Part shown: piece by piece, positions 35,281-50,200 of the stretch
How positions within the stretch are numbered: position 1 is the first letter of the stretch
Layout of the letters: each line of letters opens with the position of its first letter
NCBI GenBank assembly: GCA_976551045.1
Contig: CDPCPM010000052.1
Location: 11,036,001-11,100,000, forward strand
Length of the DNA: 64,000 nucleotides
Reading direction: 5' to 3'
Source of the DNA: Glaucostegus cemiculus
Lineage: Eukaryota
The notes under the pieces: model-generated
Seen by the model: the letters and a program-made list of their open reading frames with translations, nothing else
The model's database searches: none
Told to the model about the DNA's origin: nothing
Position numbers and translations under genes: made by a program

Positions 35281-38200
35281 ATTTGTCACTGGTGGAAGTT
35301 TCTTTCTTGTTATCTCCACACTCGGAATAAACGATGGCAGTGCCAATAGTTTATCCAATGTGTGACAAATGGTGTTAATTCCTGTCCAAGTTGGCAGATA
35401 CAGATCACACTGTTCAGATTTACAACTAATCAACCAGATAACAAGGTCAGGATCAGTCTTTTTCCAAACCTTTTAGCCAAATAAAATTCAAGCAGGATGA
35501 GGTGATGAGTAAGAAATCTAAGCATCAAACAAGGACATTTCCATTGTTCGAGAAGTGAAGATAGAATTAAATATAGGCTCGTTGGCTTAATAACTATTGT
35601 TGCAAGATGCTGAAGCCTATAATAGAGGAAGACATAATTAGTTATTTAGAGAAGCTCAACGTAATTAAAGCAAGTCAATATGGTTTTATGAAAAGTAAAC
35701 CATGTTTGACAAATTTGCTAGAATTCTTCAAGGATGTAACAAGCAGAGTCAATAGAGGGGAATACGTATTTGGATTTCTAGAAAATATTTGACAAGACGC
35801 TGCATAAAAGTCTGATGCACAAGGTAAGAGCTTGTGGTATTAGGGGAAGTATGTTATCACAGATTGGAGACTGATTATCGCATAATAAGCAGAGTCTGAA
35901 TAAACAGTAGGCTGGATGGATGTAATCAGTGGAGTGCCCCAAGGCATTCATGGCCTTCAATTATTTATGATTTATATTAATGACCTGTAGGAGGAGGCAG
36001 AGTGTAAGGTATCCAAGTTTGCCAATGTCACAAAAATAGGTGAGGTGAGTTGGGAGGAGGATGATGCAATGAGGATATTTGGACCCTGCAATAGGATACA
36101 GTCAAGTTGAGTGAATGAATGAAAATTTGACAATGGAGTTTAATGTAGGAAAGTGTAATCTTTTGCACATTAGTAAGAGGCAGACTATTATTTAAATGGA
36201 GAAAGATTGCAAATGAGTGAAGTACAGAGGGATCTAGGTATTTATGTGCGCAGATCACAAAATATTTCCAAGCTGGTGCAGCAAGTGGTAAGGGAGCCAT
36301 ATTGACCTTTATCACAAGAGGGCTGGAAATAAGGAAGTATATAGAGAAATAAGGGTACTGGTGAGGCCAGTACCTGGAGCACTGTTTCGGTCCCTTTAAG
36401 GATTTATTGGCATTGGAGGCAGTACAAAAGAGATTCACTAGGCTAATTCCTAGGATGAGAGGGTTGTCCTAACACAAGCAGTGGAAGAAATTTCATCTGT
36501 ATTCTTTGCAGTTTAAAAGACTGAAGGGTGAGATTTATTGAAATATATAAGTATCCAAGGGAGCAGGACAGAATAGAGCTGGTGTTTCCATTATCTCAAA
36601 AGAGGGGACATAGTTACAAGATCAGGGCATGGTCAAATAAAACTGAGGTACATAAGAACTATTTCCTGCAGAAGGTGATGAATCTCTGGAATTCCCAGAA
36701 GGTAATGGGGGTATTTAATGCATAAGTAGATAAATGTTTGAATGATCAGGGAATTGAGGGCTACCATTAATGGCATAGAAGAGGAACCGAGGTCTGGAGC
36801 TGATCAGCCATTATCATATTGAATGGCAGGACAGGCCTGAGGGGCCATGTTACCTACTGCTGCTCCTATTTTCTGATCACATTTTTCCACATTATATGCC
36901 ATCTGCAATGTTGTCACCCACTCATTCGGTATGACAGCATTCTCTTGAAGTCCTTTTGCATCCTCATCACTACTCAGCTTCCTACTGGATTTCAGCTGGA
37001 ATTCTTTCATCTTTTATTTTAACTACATTGCTTTTTGTTTGAAACACACATGCAATCTACTCCCCCAGGATTTTGTGGACTAGTTTACCAAAGCATATGT
37101 TCAATGTGCACAAGACTAAGGTTTTCTACCAACCAGCCTGTACTGCACCACACCATCTTCAAACAATGAAGACCTTGGATCACTTCCCAAATCTCAGGAG
37201 CTATGCTTCAGCAAAGCCAGACATCAGTAAGAAATTTACCACTGCCTTCAATGTGCCAGTAAAGCCTTTGGTCAATTAAAGAAAAGGGCATGAATGGCCT
37301 GCTCTTGCTTCTGTTTCTTATGCACAGATAAATTAACGCTTTACAGGTAATGATCTGTAATTATCTGTAAAATGATACAGGCTCATAGCATTTAAAGTGC
37401 AACTAATGCTTGGGTTTGAAGTGATACCACATATTTCAATTGTATTTATTGGAGCACAGCAAAAGGAAGAGTAGCAGGTCCTTGATAAGGTAAATGCTAA
37501 GCAGATGTTACCCCCCCCCCACCACCGAGGAAATCTAGAATGTAGAAAAACTTGCACTGTATAGTTTAAAATAATAGATGGAAGAATTCCATGAAATCCA
37601 GTGGGAAGCCTCAGAAGTGGGTTTGCCCATTTAAGGTGAAAAGGAGAAAATTACATATGTGGGTTGTGAATCTTTGATATATTCTCCCAGAGAGCTGTGG
37701 AAGTTGAATCGTTGAAAATTATCAAGGCTGAGATGAGAGGTTTATGGTCTAAGGGACAGTTAAGGTTTTTGAGAAGTAGACAAGAAGGTGGAACCATAAC
37801 CTGATCACCCACAATCTTATTTGATAGTGCAACGGGCTCAAGGGGTCACATGGACTGTTCCTTGCACTTATGTTCTTATCTGATCCAATCAAATATTCAC
37901 ATCTGCTCTTTCATACAAAACACATAACAAAACTGAGTGCTATTAATTTATTTTCTTTTCAGAACAAATTAGAAATTTTGTTGCTTAAAACTGGAAGGAT
38001 ATCTTCCACAGATAACAATATGTCAGTATCTTGCATCCATTAATCAACACACATGGTATGTGTTTATATAATTTATTGCCTTGGTGTTCTCTCAGGATGA
38101 AATGACCGGAGCTTACTGGAGGAAAACAAAAGAAGCCAGTGAGTGTTTAATTTTTACATTGTATTATATTACATTTATGTCTCCATTCCAGTTTATTTAT

Positions 38201-41200
38201 TTCCTCTTCCAGTTTTTTTTTTGCTAATTACCCTGGGTTTCCAGTAGCCAAGAAGATGGGATGGTTTCTAACTGTGATTTCTCTCGAGTCCCTAATTATT
38301 CCATGGGTAAATGTTTTTGATGTCATTTACAAGTGAAGAAACCAGCCAATTCCCAAATGTCAAGGGAAGAAAAAGTAGGAGAGATTGACCCCTCTGGCTG
38401 CTCTTGTGCACCTCTTACTGTTCCTGAGGAGGCATTGGCAAATTATAGAAGCACAGATAAATAGGAGCAGGAGTAGATTATTTGGCATCAAGAAATATAT
38501 CTACCTCCTCCTTGAATATATTTAATTATTTGGCCTCCACTGGCTACTGTGGTAGAGAATTCCACATGTTCATGCCTTCTCAGTGGAGAAGTTTCTCCTG
38601 ATTGCAGTTCGAAATGGCATACCCTGTCATTTCTGGTTCTGGAACCTCCACCATCAGGAACATATTTCCTGTTTCTAGTTTGTCTAGTCATATTAGAATC
38701 TTATAGATTTCAATGAAATGACCCCTTATTCTCCTGCACACCAATGAATGTAGGCTTAACTGACCTAATCTCTCCTCCTACATCTGACTTGCATCCCTGG
38801 GAATCAGTCTAGAAAAGACCAAGACTGCAGACAAAACTCTAGATAGGGTCTCATTATAGAGCTGCAGCAAAACATTCTTGCTCCTCTACTCAAAATCCTC
38901 CTGCAATGGCCAACATACCATTTGTCTTCCCAACTGCTTGCTGCAGCTGAACGCTTCCTTTCAGCAACCAGTGTACCAGGACAGCCAGGTTTTGTTGCAC
39001 CTTCTCTTTTCTCAAACTATCACCATTCAGTTAATCTGACCTGTTTTTGGAACCTTGCATTTATCCCTGTTAAGTTGGGCGAGTGGACAAATCCAGTTTA
39101 TCTAAATCACATTGGAGCCTTTTTGCATCCTCCTCACAGCACACACTCCTCCCACTTTCCAGCTTTGTGTCATAGAGTAATACGGCTTGGAAACAGGCCC
39201 TTCAGCCTAACTGGTCCGTCCTGACCACAGCATCCTCCCTGCTAGTCCCAGTTGCCTGTGTTTGGACCATAACCTTCCAAGCCCCTCCCCCCTATGTACC
39301 TATCCAAATGCCTCTAAAATGTTGTGATTGTACCCACCTCAACCACTTCCTGTGGCAACTTGTTCCAGGTACGCACTACCCTCTGTGTAAAGAAGTTACC
39401 TCTTAGGTCTCTCAAATCTCTCCGCTCTTATCTTGTATCTGTGCCGTTTAATTATGGACTCTTCAACCCTAGGGAAAAGACTGTAACTGTCCACCTTACC
39501 CACGTGTCATCTGCATACTTGGAGGTATTACATTTCATACTGTCATCTAAATCAATGTTATGTGTTGTGAGTAGCAGTGACCCAAGTACTGATCCCTGCA
39601 ACACTCCACTAGTCAATGCCTGGCACCCAGAAAAAGACCCATTCATTCATACTCTCTGCTTCATGTCTGTCAACCAATTCTCAATCCACATTAGTGGCAA
39701 CATTTCCAGTCTGCTGTTCAGTGCAGGTGCACCATATGGTAATAATTAAGTAGAGAAGGCTGAAAGCCAGAAAGAGTGCCTGCTAGCAGGCTAATTTTCA
39801 AATTAGTGTTAAACACAGAGTGCCTTTAGTTGGAGTAACATATTTTGGAGTAAAGGATGTTAAAATGGAACTTGAATCCAAGAATAGAAAAGAATACAGG
39901 CAAATTCCTGTCCTGAATTCAGTGATACGTTGGCCAATTTAGCCTGCTGATGACAAAAAGAATTAGTTGATTTTTCTTTTGTCTGTAGGAAAACAGGCAA
40001 CAAAACAATTCAAAGAATTGAAATTCTTGAAGAAGCTTGAGAAACAAATGGTGGAACAGCAGAAAACAGAAGAGGATCAAGAGGAAAAAAAAGAACAAAA
40101 AGGTACAAAATAAAATGATTCAGAACTTCATTGTATAATCTCTAAAATAACACACAGCTGCCATGTTAGCTGTCCTTTGTGAAACACCATGACACAGCTG
40201 AGTGGATGAGCAGAGATCTTACTTCCTTTCATTCTCTTTAGCCAAGATAGTGGAGGAAGTCTGAGAAAACAGCTGAATTTACAGTGTCTTCACAATGATT
40301 AATGTTACAAATAAGGGGTGTAAATTGTAACTGTAAAGAAATATGCAATCATATTTTGAACTTGTCAATAAAATCACCTTTAACAGAGTCAATTGATGCT
40401 TGATGTTTTAAAGAAGTGTGTACATTTTCTGTTGTCTGCTGATTAGAGTTTGAATTCAAGTGCTAGAAATATACACAGTCTGCAGGTTAAACATAAAGTA
40501 AACCCTCTTTCAGCTTGAGTTTTAAGAGAAGAAGAGCAGAGAGATATCTTGCTCTTCATGTCAATAGTCCTCCTTCAACACCACCTGAAGTAGGAGAATT
40601 TTTCTCATTACTGATGGTGGGATCTTGTGTGGAAAAATGTTGCTGTGATGGACTGTATAATGTGAAGGTACTTCACAACTAATAGTTTGTAAAAGTATTT
40701 TGAGACATTTAAAAAGTATGAGGTGTTTTGTTAATGCAGATTTTAATTCTTGATTGAACCAATAACCAAAGCATTCAGCATTTTCCATAGCTTATGCGGC
40801 ACAAGACCAACAATAAGACAGCTCTACTTTTAATAGTGACCTGCAGAAATGTTTAGCATGCAGTGAAAAAAAATTGGAAATGTTATCCAGCTTGTTCATT
40901 CAGATGATTTTTTAAAATAATCATTCACAGTTGACACTGTTATGTCAAAAGCAAACACTTGTAATTTAAAGTTTGGCCCTTGGTGCGATGGAGAATCCAA
41001 TAAGCCCTTCACCATTCTCCAGAAAGAACTAACAACTGGTTGTGTATGATGATCCACTGTGCCAACTAGCAACTAATTTTTGATATGTACAGGTGATTTT
41101 TATATTTTCTAGGTCGTCTGCCTACTGTTAGTGTGGCATTACCAGGGTCAGTTCTGGACAATGCCCAGTCTCCAGAACTAAGGACGTACTTGGCTGGACA

Positions 41201-44200
41201 GATAGCTCGTGCATGCACTGTGTTCTGTGTGGATGAAATTGTAGTCTTTGATGAACAAGGAGAAGATGCAAAGTAAGATAGCTCATAAATATTAATTAAT
41301 CATACCTCATGCTAATTTATCTAACGTATACACATTTAATTCTGCAACATACAAAAAGTGTAGCATTAAATGTTTCAAACTTAATTATTCCAACTTATCG
41401 TGGTTATTAAGTAACATTTATTTCTATTTCATGTGTGCTTAGAAAATAACTGTGGTCTGATCTGGTTGCTCCAGCTTTTCTATTGTGTATATGTATAAAA
41501 AGGAACAGAAGTAGGCCATTCATTGCCTTAAACATGATCCAATATTCATTTATATCACCTCAGTTCTGTATGTTGAGCCTACTGATCTACCTTTACCTAA
41601 TGTCTCTTAATACAGTTACTCAACAAAAATCCTACCAACCCTGATCTGATCCACATAACCCCACAATCCACAGATTTTATTATGTGCTTCTTGATTACTT
41701 TACTATATAATGTGGATGTAATATAAATCTTGGTTCTGCATGACCCAACAAGAGTAAATAGTTTTCAGTATCAACCCTCTCTAATCTTATTAACATTTTG
41801 AACAGCTTGGATCAATCTCCCCTTGATGTTTTAAACTTGGGATAGTTTCTGTCTGAGAACCAAAGAAAGTTCTAGGACAGAGCAACTTTTGACACCTGTA
41901 CTGAAGGGAGTGAACTATATTTGTTATTAATTTGCATTTATTTAGCACTTTTACTGTGATAATCATGATGAAGACATAAGGAATATGGGAGCTTTTGATT
42001 ATTAAATATTGAATTGGGTCTTGTTTTTGTAACTACAGAACTGTGGAAGGTACATTCCAAGGAATTGGGAAGAAGGGACATGCCAGCGTGCAGCTTGCAC
42101 GGATCCTGCAATACCTTGAATGTCCACAGTGAGTCACTTTGGAGTGGCAATGTGCCATAATAAGCCATCCCTGGCTAACAAATTTTTGCAGACATCGACA
42201 AGTCAATTTTGTTCATTGGTCAGAAAATACACAAAAATCACTTGGTATTGTAACCATACCTCAGCAGTATTGTAACGAATAGCATCAAAAGCATATGGCC
42301 AATAGGAAAGAGTAATTACTTGAAGTGGAGAGAGAGAGAACAAACTAGTTCTGCTGTTCATAGGAACGAGCATATGTATGTACCAGACTTTTGAGCTTAA
42401 TAATATGAGCTCAGTTGTGTGTAGGGGTGGCTGTAAATTGGGCATTCATAACCCAGGGAAGGGCTGTAGTTCTTCAATAAGAGCAGCACACATTTATGCA
42501 GATCCTTTACTGCAGCAAGTAATCTCTAAATGCTTCTCGGAAGTGGAATCAGAAAAAAAGTTGATTGAGCTAAACAAAAGTGTATAAATTGGGAATACTG
42601 AAAGCTTGCACAAAATTTTAGGTGCTTTAAAGGACATGAGAGAGGCTGACATCTTTAAGGAATTAATTCACGAGCTTTGGGTGAAAAGCGTCCTAACTCA
42701 TTTTACTAAAAACTGCTAATAGCCATTGATGGAGAGAAGATTTTTGGTTCATGGAGATCACTGTCCAAATCCTATTCTCCATAGTTTAATGCATCACATC
42801 CAGTTTTCTCAGAGGGCCTTGCTAATGCAAGGCCTTCCTTTCTCACAGGAAGGGCCTATCAAAGTTTTATCCAGTGTTGAGACTCTACATTAACAGTACA
42901 TACTAAAGGAATCCAGCCTACAGTCACAATCCAGTTGCCTATTTGGTTATAAAATCAACAAATACTAGTTAGGGTTCAGAAACCAGCCCCCAGGTTTTGT
43001 TGTGAATGTAGAGAATTTTTACTTTTCTGTATGATTAAAGATTCTTATCCTTTGTTTGTAACCAGGTACCTAAGGAAATCCTTCTTTCCAAAACATCAGG
43101 ATTTACAGTTTGCAGGTAAGCTGGTCTATTATGGTACCATAAGATGGCAACACATTTTAAATGGAATGAACCACAGCAGTGAGATAAATGGCTCTGTGTT
43201 TGTGTGCCTGGTTTTGTATGGCTTGCATGTCTGCCACATTTGCCTACATAACTACAGAAGTGGTTTGGGATGTCACAAGGATGTAAGAGTGCTTTATAAA
43301 TTATTTCATTGTTTGGTTAGAATAAATTCAAGTAATTCAGAAAAAGACTACCTGGATGATGGTTATGTTGTGAAACTCACTATCACCTAGAGTGGTTGAA
43401 TTGACTGGCATAGAAGCACTTAAGAGTAGATGAACATAAAAGAGGAAGGATGTGTTAAAAATTTTACTGCCCAATCGCCATTAAGTTATATTGCATGCTT
43501 TCCCCTCTTCAAGCTGTTACCTGGAAACCATGTATCTTTCCAATCTTCTAGTGGAATTCAGCAGCTGATTTGCACAGTTATTAAAATCAAGGACTTAATC
43601 CCATCCGATGAGGGGATACTTAAAGAGTGGTCTACTGTTTTTAAATGAGATGGTTGATGAAACTTTATTTCACTGTGTGTAATATGCTACATGGTTATAC
43701 ACTTTGTGCACATAGACTGCAATGCATGTGTTCTTATGGGCCCTTTCTTGCTCCTAGCTTGCCACTATTTAAGTTTTTCGATATACATTCCTCTCTGTGG
43801 CCCTTGCAACATAGTTGGCTTGGGCACAGAAATAAATTGCTGTCTAATATTGCACTGAAACAGAGGGAAGATGATGAAGTGCAAAGTAACAATAGTCATC
43901 TGGATCTGTGAATCCCTGTACCTCTAGCAGCACCAGCAGTAAGGCAGACCTAATTATACCGGGCATTGTAGATTCTACACTAGTGAAACCTGGGGTTCAT
44001 AGATATTTCTAAACACTTACTTTGAAACCAATAGCAAGATTTAAGATTAGAAATCACTGCACTTTCAGAATCTGGAAAAAGCTTGCAAAAACCACCATTT
44101 TAGTGATTATAAACTGGGATCAATAACTGTTCTTTCAAAAGGCATGAATTTGCCTCCAGTATTTGAACCAGTGGGGTTAGCGTGTTGGTGCAGCTTTTAT

Positions 44201-47200
44201 ATCTGCCTCATAGATCCAGGAACCTGGGTTCAATTCTGGCCTCTGCTGCTGTCTGTGTGGAGTTTGCAATTCTCCCTGTGATCAAATGGTTTTCTTCTTG
44301 TGCTCTGGTTTCCTCCCCCATCCCAAAGATTGTGGTAGATTAATTGGCTACGGTAAATTATCCTGTAATGTGGACAAATGACAAAAAGAAAAAATGATGA
44401 GCATGAGCAGGAGAAATAGATGAGGGGAATGGGACTGATGCTATGTTGGGAACTAGCCTGGGTTCAATGGGGCAAATGACTTTCCTGTGTCGTAATGATA
44501 AGTAAACTGCTAACTCTAATGGGTCTGCCTGGATCCCCAATGGTGGGGCCATTGGCCAGCCTGAGGGCCAGGAGGTTACACAAGCTGTACGTTGTAGCAG
44601 AGGCTTCTGCTGATCAGTGAGCAACCAATCAAAAAACAGATGATGGGCATCCTCACCTGCTTGTTGATTTAAGTCTCTAAGTGCTGGCAACTAATGGATT
44701 AACGTGCCTTTGAATGGTACCATCGCAGACCCTGCCTTATTTTCTTTCCTCCACTCGTACTTGTTTTGCATCTTGAAAACTTGTTGTGTCTCTTAACTTT
44801 TCCCAGCTCTCATTAACCAATACATTTTGCTCTCCACATATGCTGCCTGACCTGCTGAGTTTTTATATTAATTTATGCTTTTATTTCAGATTTATTTCAG
44901 TATTTTTCTTTTGGATGTATTTCTGCATATTGTTCTCTAGGTCTCCTGAATCCATTGGACAGCCCACACCATATGAGGATTGACGAAGATTCAGAATATC
45001 GGGAGGGGGTGGTTGTTGATAGGCCATCTAAGCCCAAGAAAGGATCATTTGTCAACTGTGGCATGAGAAAGGTTTGTCTTACAAGGATCTAAGTTCAATG
45101 CAAATACTGATTTGTAATTTTAATACGTGCAAAGCATTGTACCTTGTTTTCAATGTGTCATTCCTAAACATTGGCAGAAGAGCTAAACAAGTTCCTGATC
45201 ATGCTAATGAGTAGTCATGCCATCTATTTGGACTTGAATCCTAATGTCATCCAATGTAAAAGGAAGCCAATTGGTCCCTAGCCTTTGTGTTAACTCTTTG
45301 AAAGAACAGTCTAAATAGTCCCACTCTCCTGCCTGCAAAAACATCTTCCTTTCGTTTGGTCAACTTTGCTCCATGAGATTCTTGCACTGCAATTTTTCCA
45401 TTTTTGCTTTTCTAATTTAAATTAGGAAGTACAGATTGACAGACAACTTCAACCTGGCCTCCGTGTTACAGTTCAATTACACAAGAGTGAAAACCCAGGT
45501 AAGATCAGGACATGCTGATTATGTTTCTAGTTATTATACCTGAGATTGAAGCTGTACTGGTGAAAAAAATACAGTTTTACTTTCTAGAAGCATTCTTTAC
45601 AACACCTAGTTGTAGCTGTAGAGTAAGAAGAGACAGTAACTTTGTAAATTACTCCAGTATTTCTTAGACCATTGAAAGAGATACAAAAAAACTAACAATA
45701 TGTCTAATGTAATATTAGTCTTAGTAGCAAGAAGATCAGTGTGTAAAACTTAAGACATCTTACTACAAACCCTAGTTGGTCCTTACTGGTAATATTTTTT
45801 TTATAGTTATGACAATCACAGAATGAACCCCACATGTCAGTTGTAGAGGGGGGGAGGTTGTGAATTTTAGTGCATGTGTACTAAGGCAGTTGAAAGGATC
45901 CCAGACCACTCACCATCTGCTGGTTCTGTGTGTGATTCTGTAAGCTTCCTTCAGAAAGGAGAAAGTGAGCAAAAGGAGTGCAGTCCAAATTTAAAAGGGA
46001 ACTTAAGTTGTATGGCAAGATCATATATAAGACTTGTAAAACTGGAACATTAAAAGGAGAGAATTGATTAGGTTAAGAGGATTTGAAAGGAACAGATAAT
46101 GTATTAAAATTAATATTTTCCATGGAGTCAACAGAGCTGGGATTTTCAGGAGAGAACTTAGGAAACATTTCAGGCAAAGGGCGTTTCACACATGGATCAC
46201 TCCAAAATTAAGCTTGAGACCATAGTTTTCAATTAATAATTTTAAATCCAAGCTCAGTAGCTTTTTTTCTAGACTAATTTGCATGGCGTCAAGGCAGATA
46301 AAGAAAGTTTTCAGATCAGCCATCTCATTGAATAGTGTAAAAAAAAATTGAGGGGCTAAGTGCACTAATTCTGTTCCTTTATTTCTGGTGGCATAGTACT
46401 TTAGAACACAGGATCTATTGCAAGGAGAGGCCATTGAATTCCACAGCTTTTTTTTTACCCCCTTCCATGTTATTTAGAATTTAATGGTTTGTTTTTTGGT
46501 GATTATTAAATAGCTTAAATTTGCTTGTTGGAACATTATTGCATCTGCATTATGTTCTATTAGACCATTGCTCAGAATTGGATTAAGTTACCACAGTGAG
46601 ATATTTCACATTCTTGCCATTGATTCACTGTCCTAAAAAGGGGTATAATTTCTTCACGGTCCACATGGTTTTGAAAGTTGTTCTTCTAAATATTTTCAGA
46701 GGCCAAAAATTTGAAGGGTACAGTTGTCGCCCCTCATGTTCCCCGGACAGAGTCTGGTCTTTACTGGGGTTACACGGTTCGACTTGCTTCTTGCCTCAGT
46801 GAGTTCTTAATCTTCCTTTGAATCTTAGTGATGTTACTGAACCAATAGTGAAAAATTAAAAAAAGGAAAGGCCTGATTGTCTGTGTTTGGTAGGTGCTGT
46901 GTTTACGGAGTGCCCATTCGAAGATGGCTACGATCTTACAATTGGTACATCTGAGCGAGGGTCAAACACTGACAGCACTACACTTCCCTCATTCAAGTAA
47001 GATGTCAGCTATGCCTTGTCCTCTAAACTGTTACTTCTAAGCGACTGCAGACATTTAGTAAAAGCTGCAGGTTCACGAGTATTTTTTATTAATAACCTTA
47101 TCTAAGCTGATTACCATTTACTACAGAATCTATTTTGTAATCACATTGACTGTGGTTTTCTTGTCTGTGGAATTTTCTTCACTTTTTCCTGCCACATAAT

Positions 47201-50200
47201 TCCCAAAAAATGAAGTGGTAGAACTCTTCTGCACTACCTTCTCTGAGATGTATTAGCATATTATAAGCAGGATGTAATCATCTAATCTACCCACCCAAAT
47301 TTTTAATGAAATGGTGAGACATCACATTCTGCTTCTGACTTAACCCCTTCCCTGTAGGTTCCCTGATCTAATATCAACATCTGCAGGGAAAAAAGGGGAA
47401 AAAAATATCCCTCAAGCTGGACCCACCATTAAGTCCATGGCTGATGCTGTGTCTCAAATGTATCTGACTGCTCAATCCCCATATCCTCTTGTTTCCTTTG
47501 TGTCCGAAATGTACATTTTTCCCCCACCCCTGTTGGTTTTGGGGAAATTTCCCTCTCAATCTATTATATTTCATTGAGGTAACCTCTCATTACTCTAAAC
47601 TCCATTGAGCTGAGTCAAGTCTTGCTCAGATTGTCTTCATAGAACCATTTTTCATCCTAGGAATTTTATTAATTCCAAAGCAAGTATAACATTTAGGTGG
47701 AGAGGCAAAATTACACACAATAGGTCTCACCAAAGCTCTGTACAATATCAATAAAATTTTCTTACTTTTCAATTCCACAACTCCGTGCATTGTTTGCCTG
47801 CTCTGCCTATAGGTTTACTTTATGCACTTACTGAGCCAGCACATTATGATCTCAAACTCTAATTCACCTCAGCACCTATTATTGGAATTAGGCTTGCTTT
47901 CTTTTAAGGGCACAATCATTCTCAATCTACAGAGAAAAATTCACAGTGACAAGTTATTAATTTTATGATGCTACTGTTTAATAGCCTTAAGGTACAAATC
48001 CACTTACAAACAACCAAACTTCAACAGTGGCATAGTATTGCAGCATATTTTAGGAAGATTGCCATCTATTAAGTTCGCAGCTGTATTTATAAAAAGTTTC
48101 GCTCTTATTGTTGATTTAATTATTGAGGGTTATTGTTCCATCCTCATCCTCTTTACAGAATTTGACTCTCTACATGTAACTTTCTTCCCTTGTATTAGGC
48201 ACATGTTGGTAGTATTTGGTGGTCTTCAGGGACTTGAAGCCAGTGTTGATGCTGATGAAAACCTCAAGCTTACAGAGCCTAGTGTCCTCTTTCACCACTA
48301 CCTGAACACCTGTCCTGGTCAAGGCAGCCGTACCATCCGCACTGAGGTATGCTTCATTTTGCTCAAAAATCTCACTGGTAGGCAACGCACTAACTACACT
48401 GATTATGTACTCAACATCCAAGGTAGTATCTTCCCCACTATTATCCTTCATACAAGCATTTGTGTACCTAAATAATTTTCATAAAAATGGTCCAGACCAT
48501 CATGTTATTTAATATTATCAATCATGGCAGACATCCTTATGTAAAGAGAGTAGAAGTTTTAATACATTTGGTGTCACATGTTATTTGTGACGTAGTGCTT
48601 TGGAGACATTAAGAATTGCTGATGTAATTCAGTTATTTTGCTGCTTTAATATTCCATGAAATGTAGTCTCAATGAGTTCTGCCTTTTCTCTTTATAGCAG
48701 AGGAGAAAAATTTTAAAAAAATAGTGCAACACCAGTTTGGCTATCTCCTGCAAAAATATATTGCAGGAAGTGAAATTTAGGTTTTAGTTTTACCAACTGT
48801 GACCTCACATCATTTGCTATTTGGCTGTTGGGTGGGTGTGACTGCCTGAACCACCTCAATTATCCTCCCTAAATTCTTCAAGCAGTATTTAAACTTATTG
48901 TGTGGAACAATAGCTATATGCAGGCATCTGAATTAAATTTCGATATTTATATCGAGTTCCTCCGTTACTGGGCCAGTTTGGTATGACTTTGATGTTTCAA
49001 ACTCAACCGCGCAAAATAAGTTTTCTTTTACTGGTTTCCAGAACAGTGTTGCATTTAGTGAGTTGTTTGAGTCTGTCAGATGTTTGAAACATTTGAACAT
49101 TGAAATTTAATTTCTTCCATTTTTATAAATTAGAAAATTCTCATCGTGGAAAAGTAACCCTTTTTCAATGCTTGCCTGCTGCTCCACTTAAATTAAGAAC
49201 CAGGCTGAATCATAGAGACTGTTGGCTAAAATTGAGGATTTGAAGCTGCATTATTGATGTGGCTAGGAAGCTGGCTGTGTGACAGAAAGTGGAGAGTAAA
49301 GATAATAAGCACACATTCTAATTGGCTAATTATCTCCCACCGTGATGTATATCAAGACCACAACTATTCACCATGTAAAGAATTTAGATGATGGGATTAA
49401 AAAAAGTCATGTTTGTTTGCTTGACTGGATAAATGGCATTGTTCACTCTGCAGTAGGAAACATTAATTTACACACACATTAATGGAATGTAGGCAAAACT
49501 GCAAATGGACTTCTGAGTTCCCCAATAAGAAGTCACACACCTTTGATCTAAAAATTTGCTAAACTGTTAAAAGCTAAAAGTAATGGAGGTACAAAGAGAC
49601 ATGGGACTCATGTATGTTGAGCATTAAAATGTCACAGAGGAAACAAGCAAGATAGCTAAAATGTTGGACTTGATATCTAGACCCTGAATTCAGGGGAGTA
49701 GTGGTTTTCCTGCAGTTATGCTGAGAAAACCATAGCTATATCATAATAAATATATTGTGGGCAGTTCTATGTGCTGTAGTTTAAAGAGAAAATATTGGTC
49801 TCAGAGAAAATAGAGCAGTTTTAAAATCAGAATGACATCTGGATTCCAATGTTATGAGGTGAGGTTACACAAATTAGGGAAGTAATTCTGCAAATTTAGA
49901 AGTTCAGGGAGTGCTTTAAATGATTTTTTTGTTAGATTTTAAGGGGAATTGATAGGGTAGGCATTAATTTCATCGTTTGGGGAGTTTGAGATTTAGGGAA
50001 CTTAATCCAAACATTAAAACCAGGCCTTTCACAATTGAAATAAAGTATTTCTACAGGAAAGGATGATCAAACTTCTCCACAAATGAGAATTGATGCTACA
50101 TCAGTTAGTTTTAAATCTGAGATTAACAGATTTTTGTTAAGCAAAGGTATTAAAGGATATTGGGAAATATGGGAATAAGGAGCTAGGTTACAGATCAACC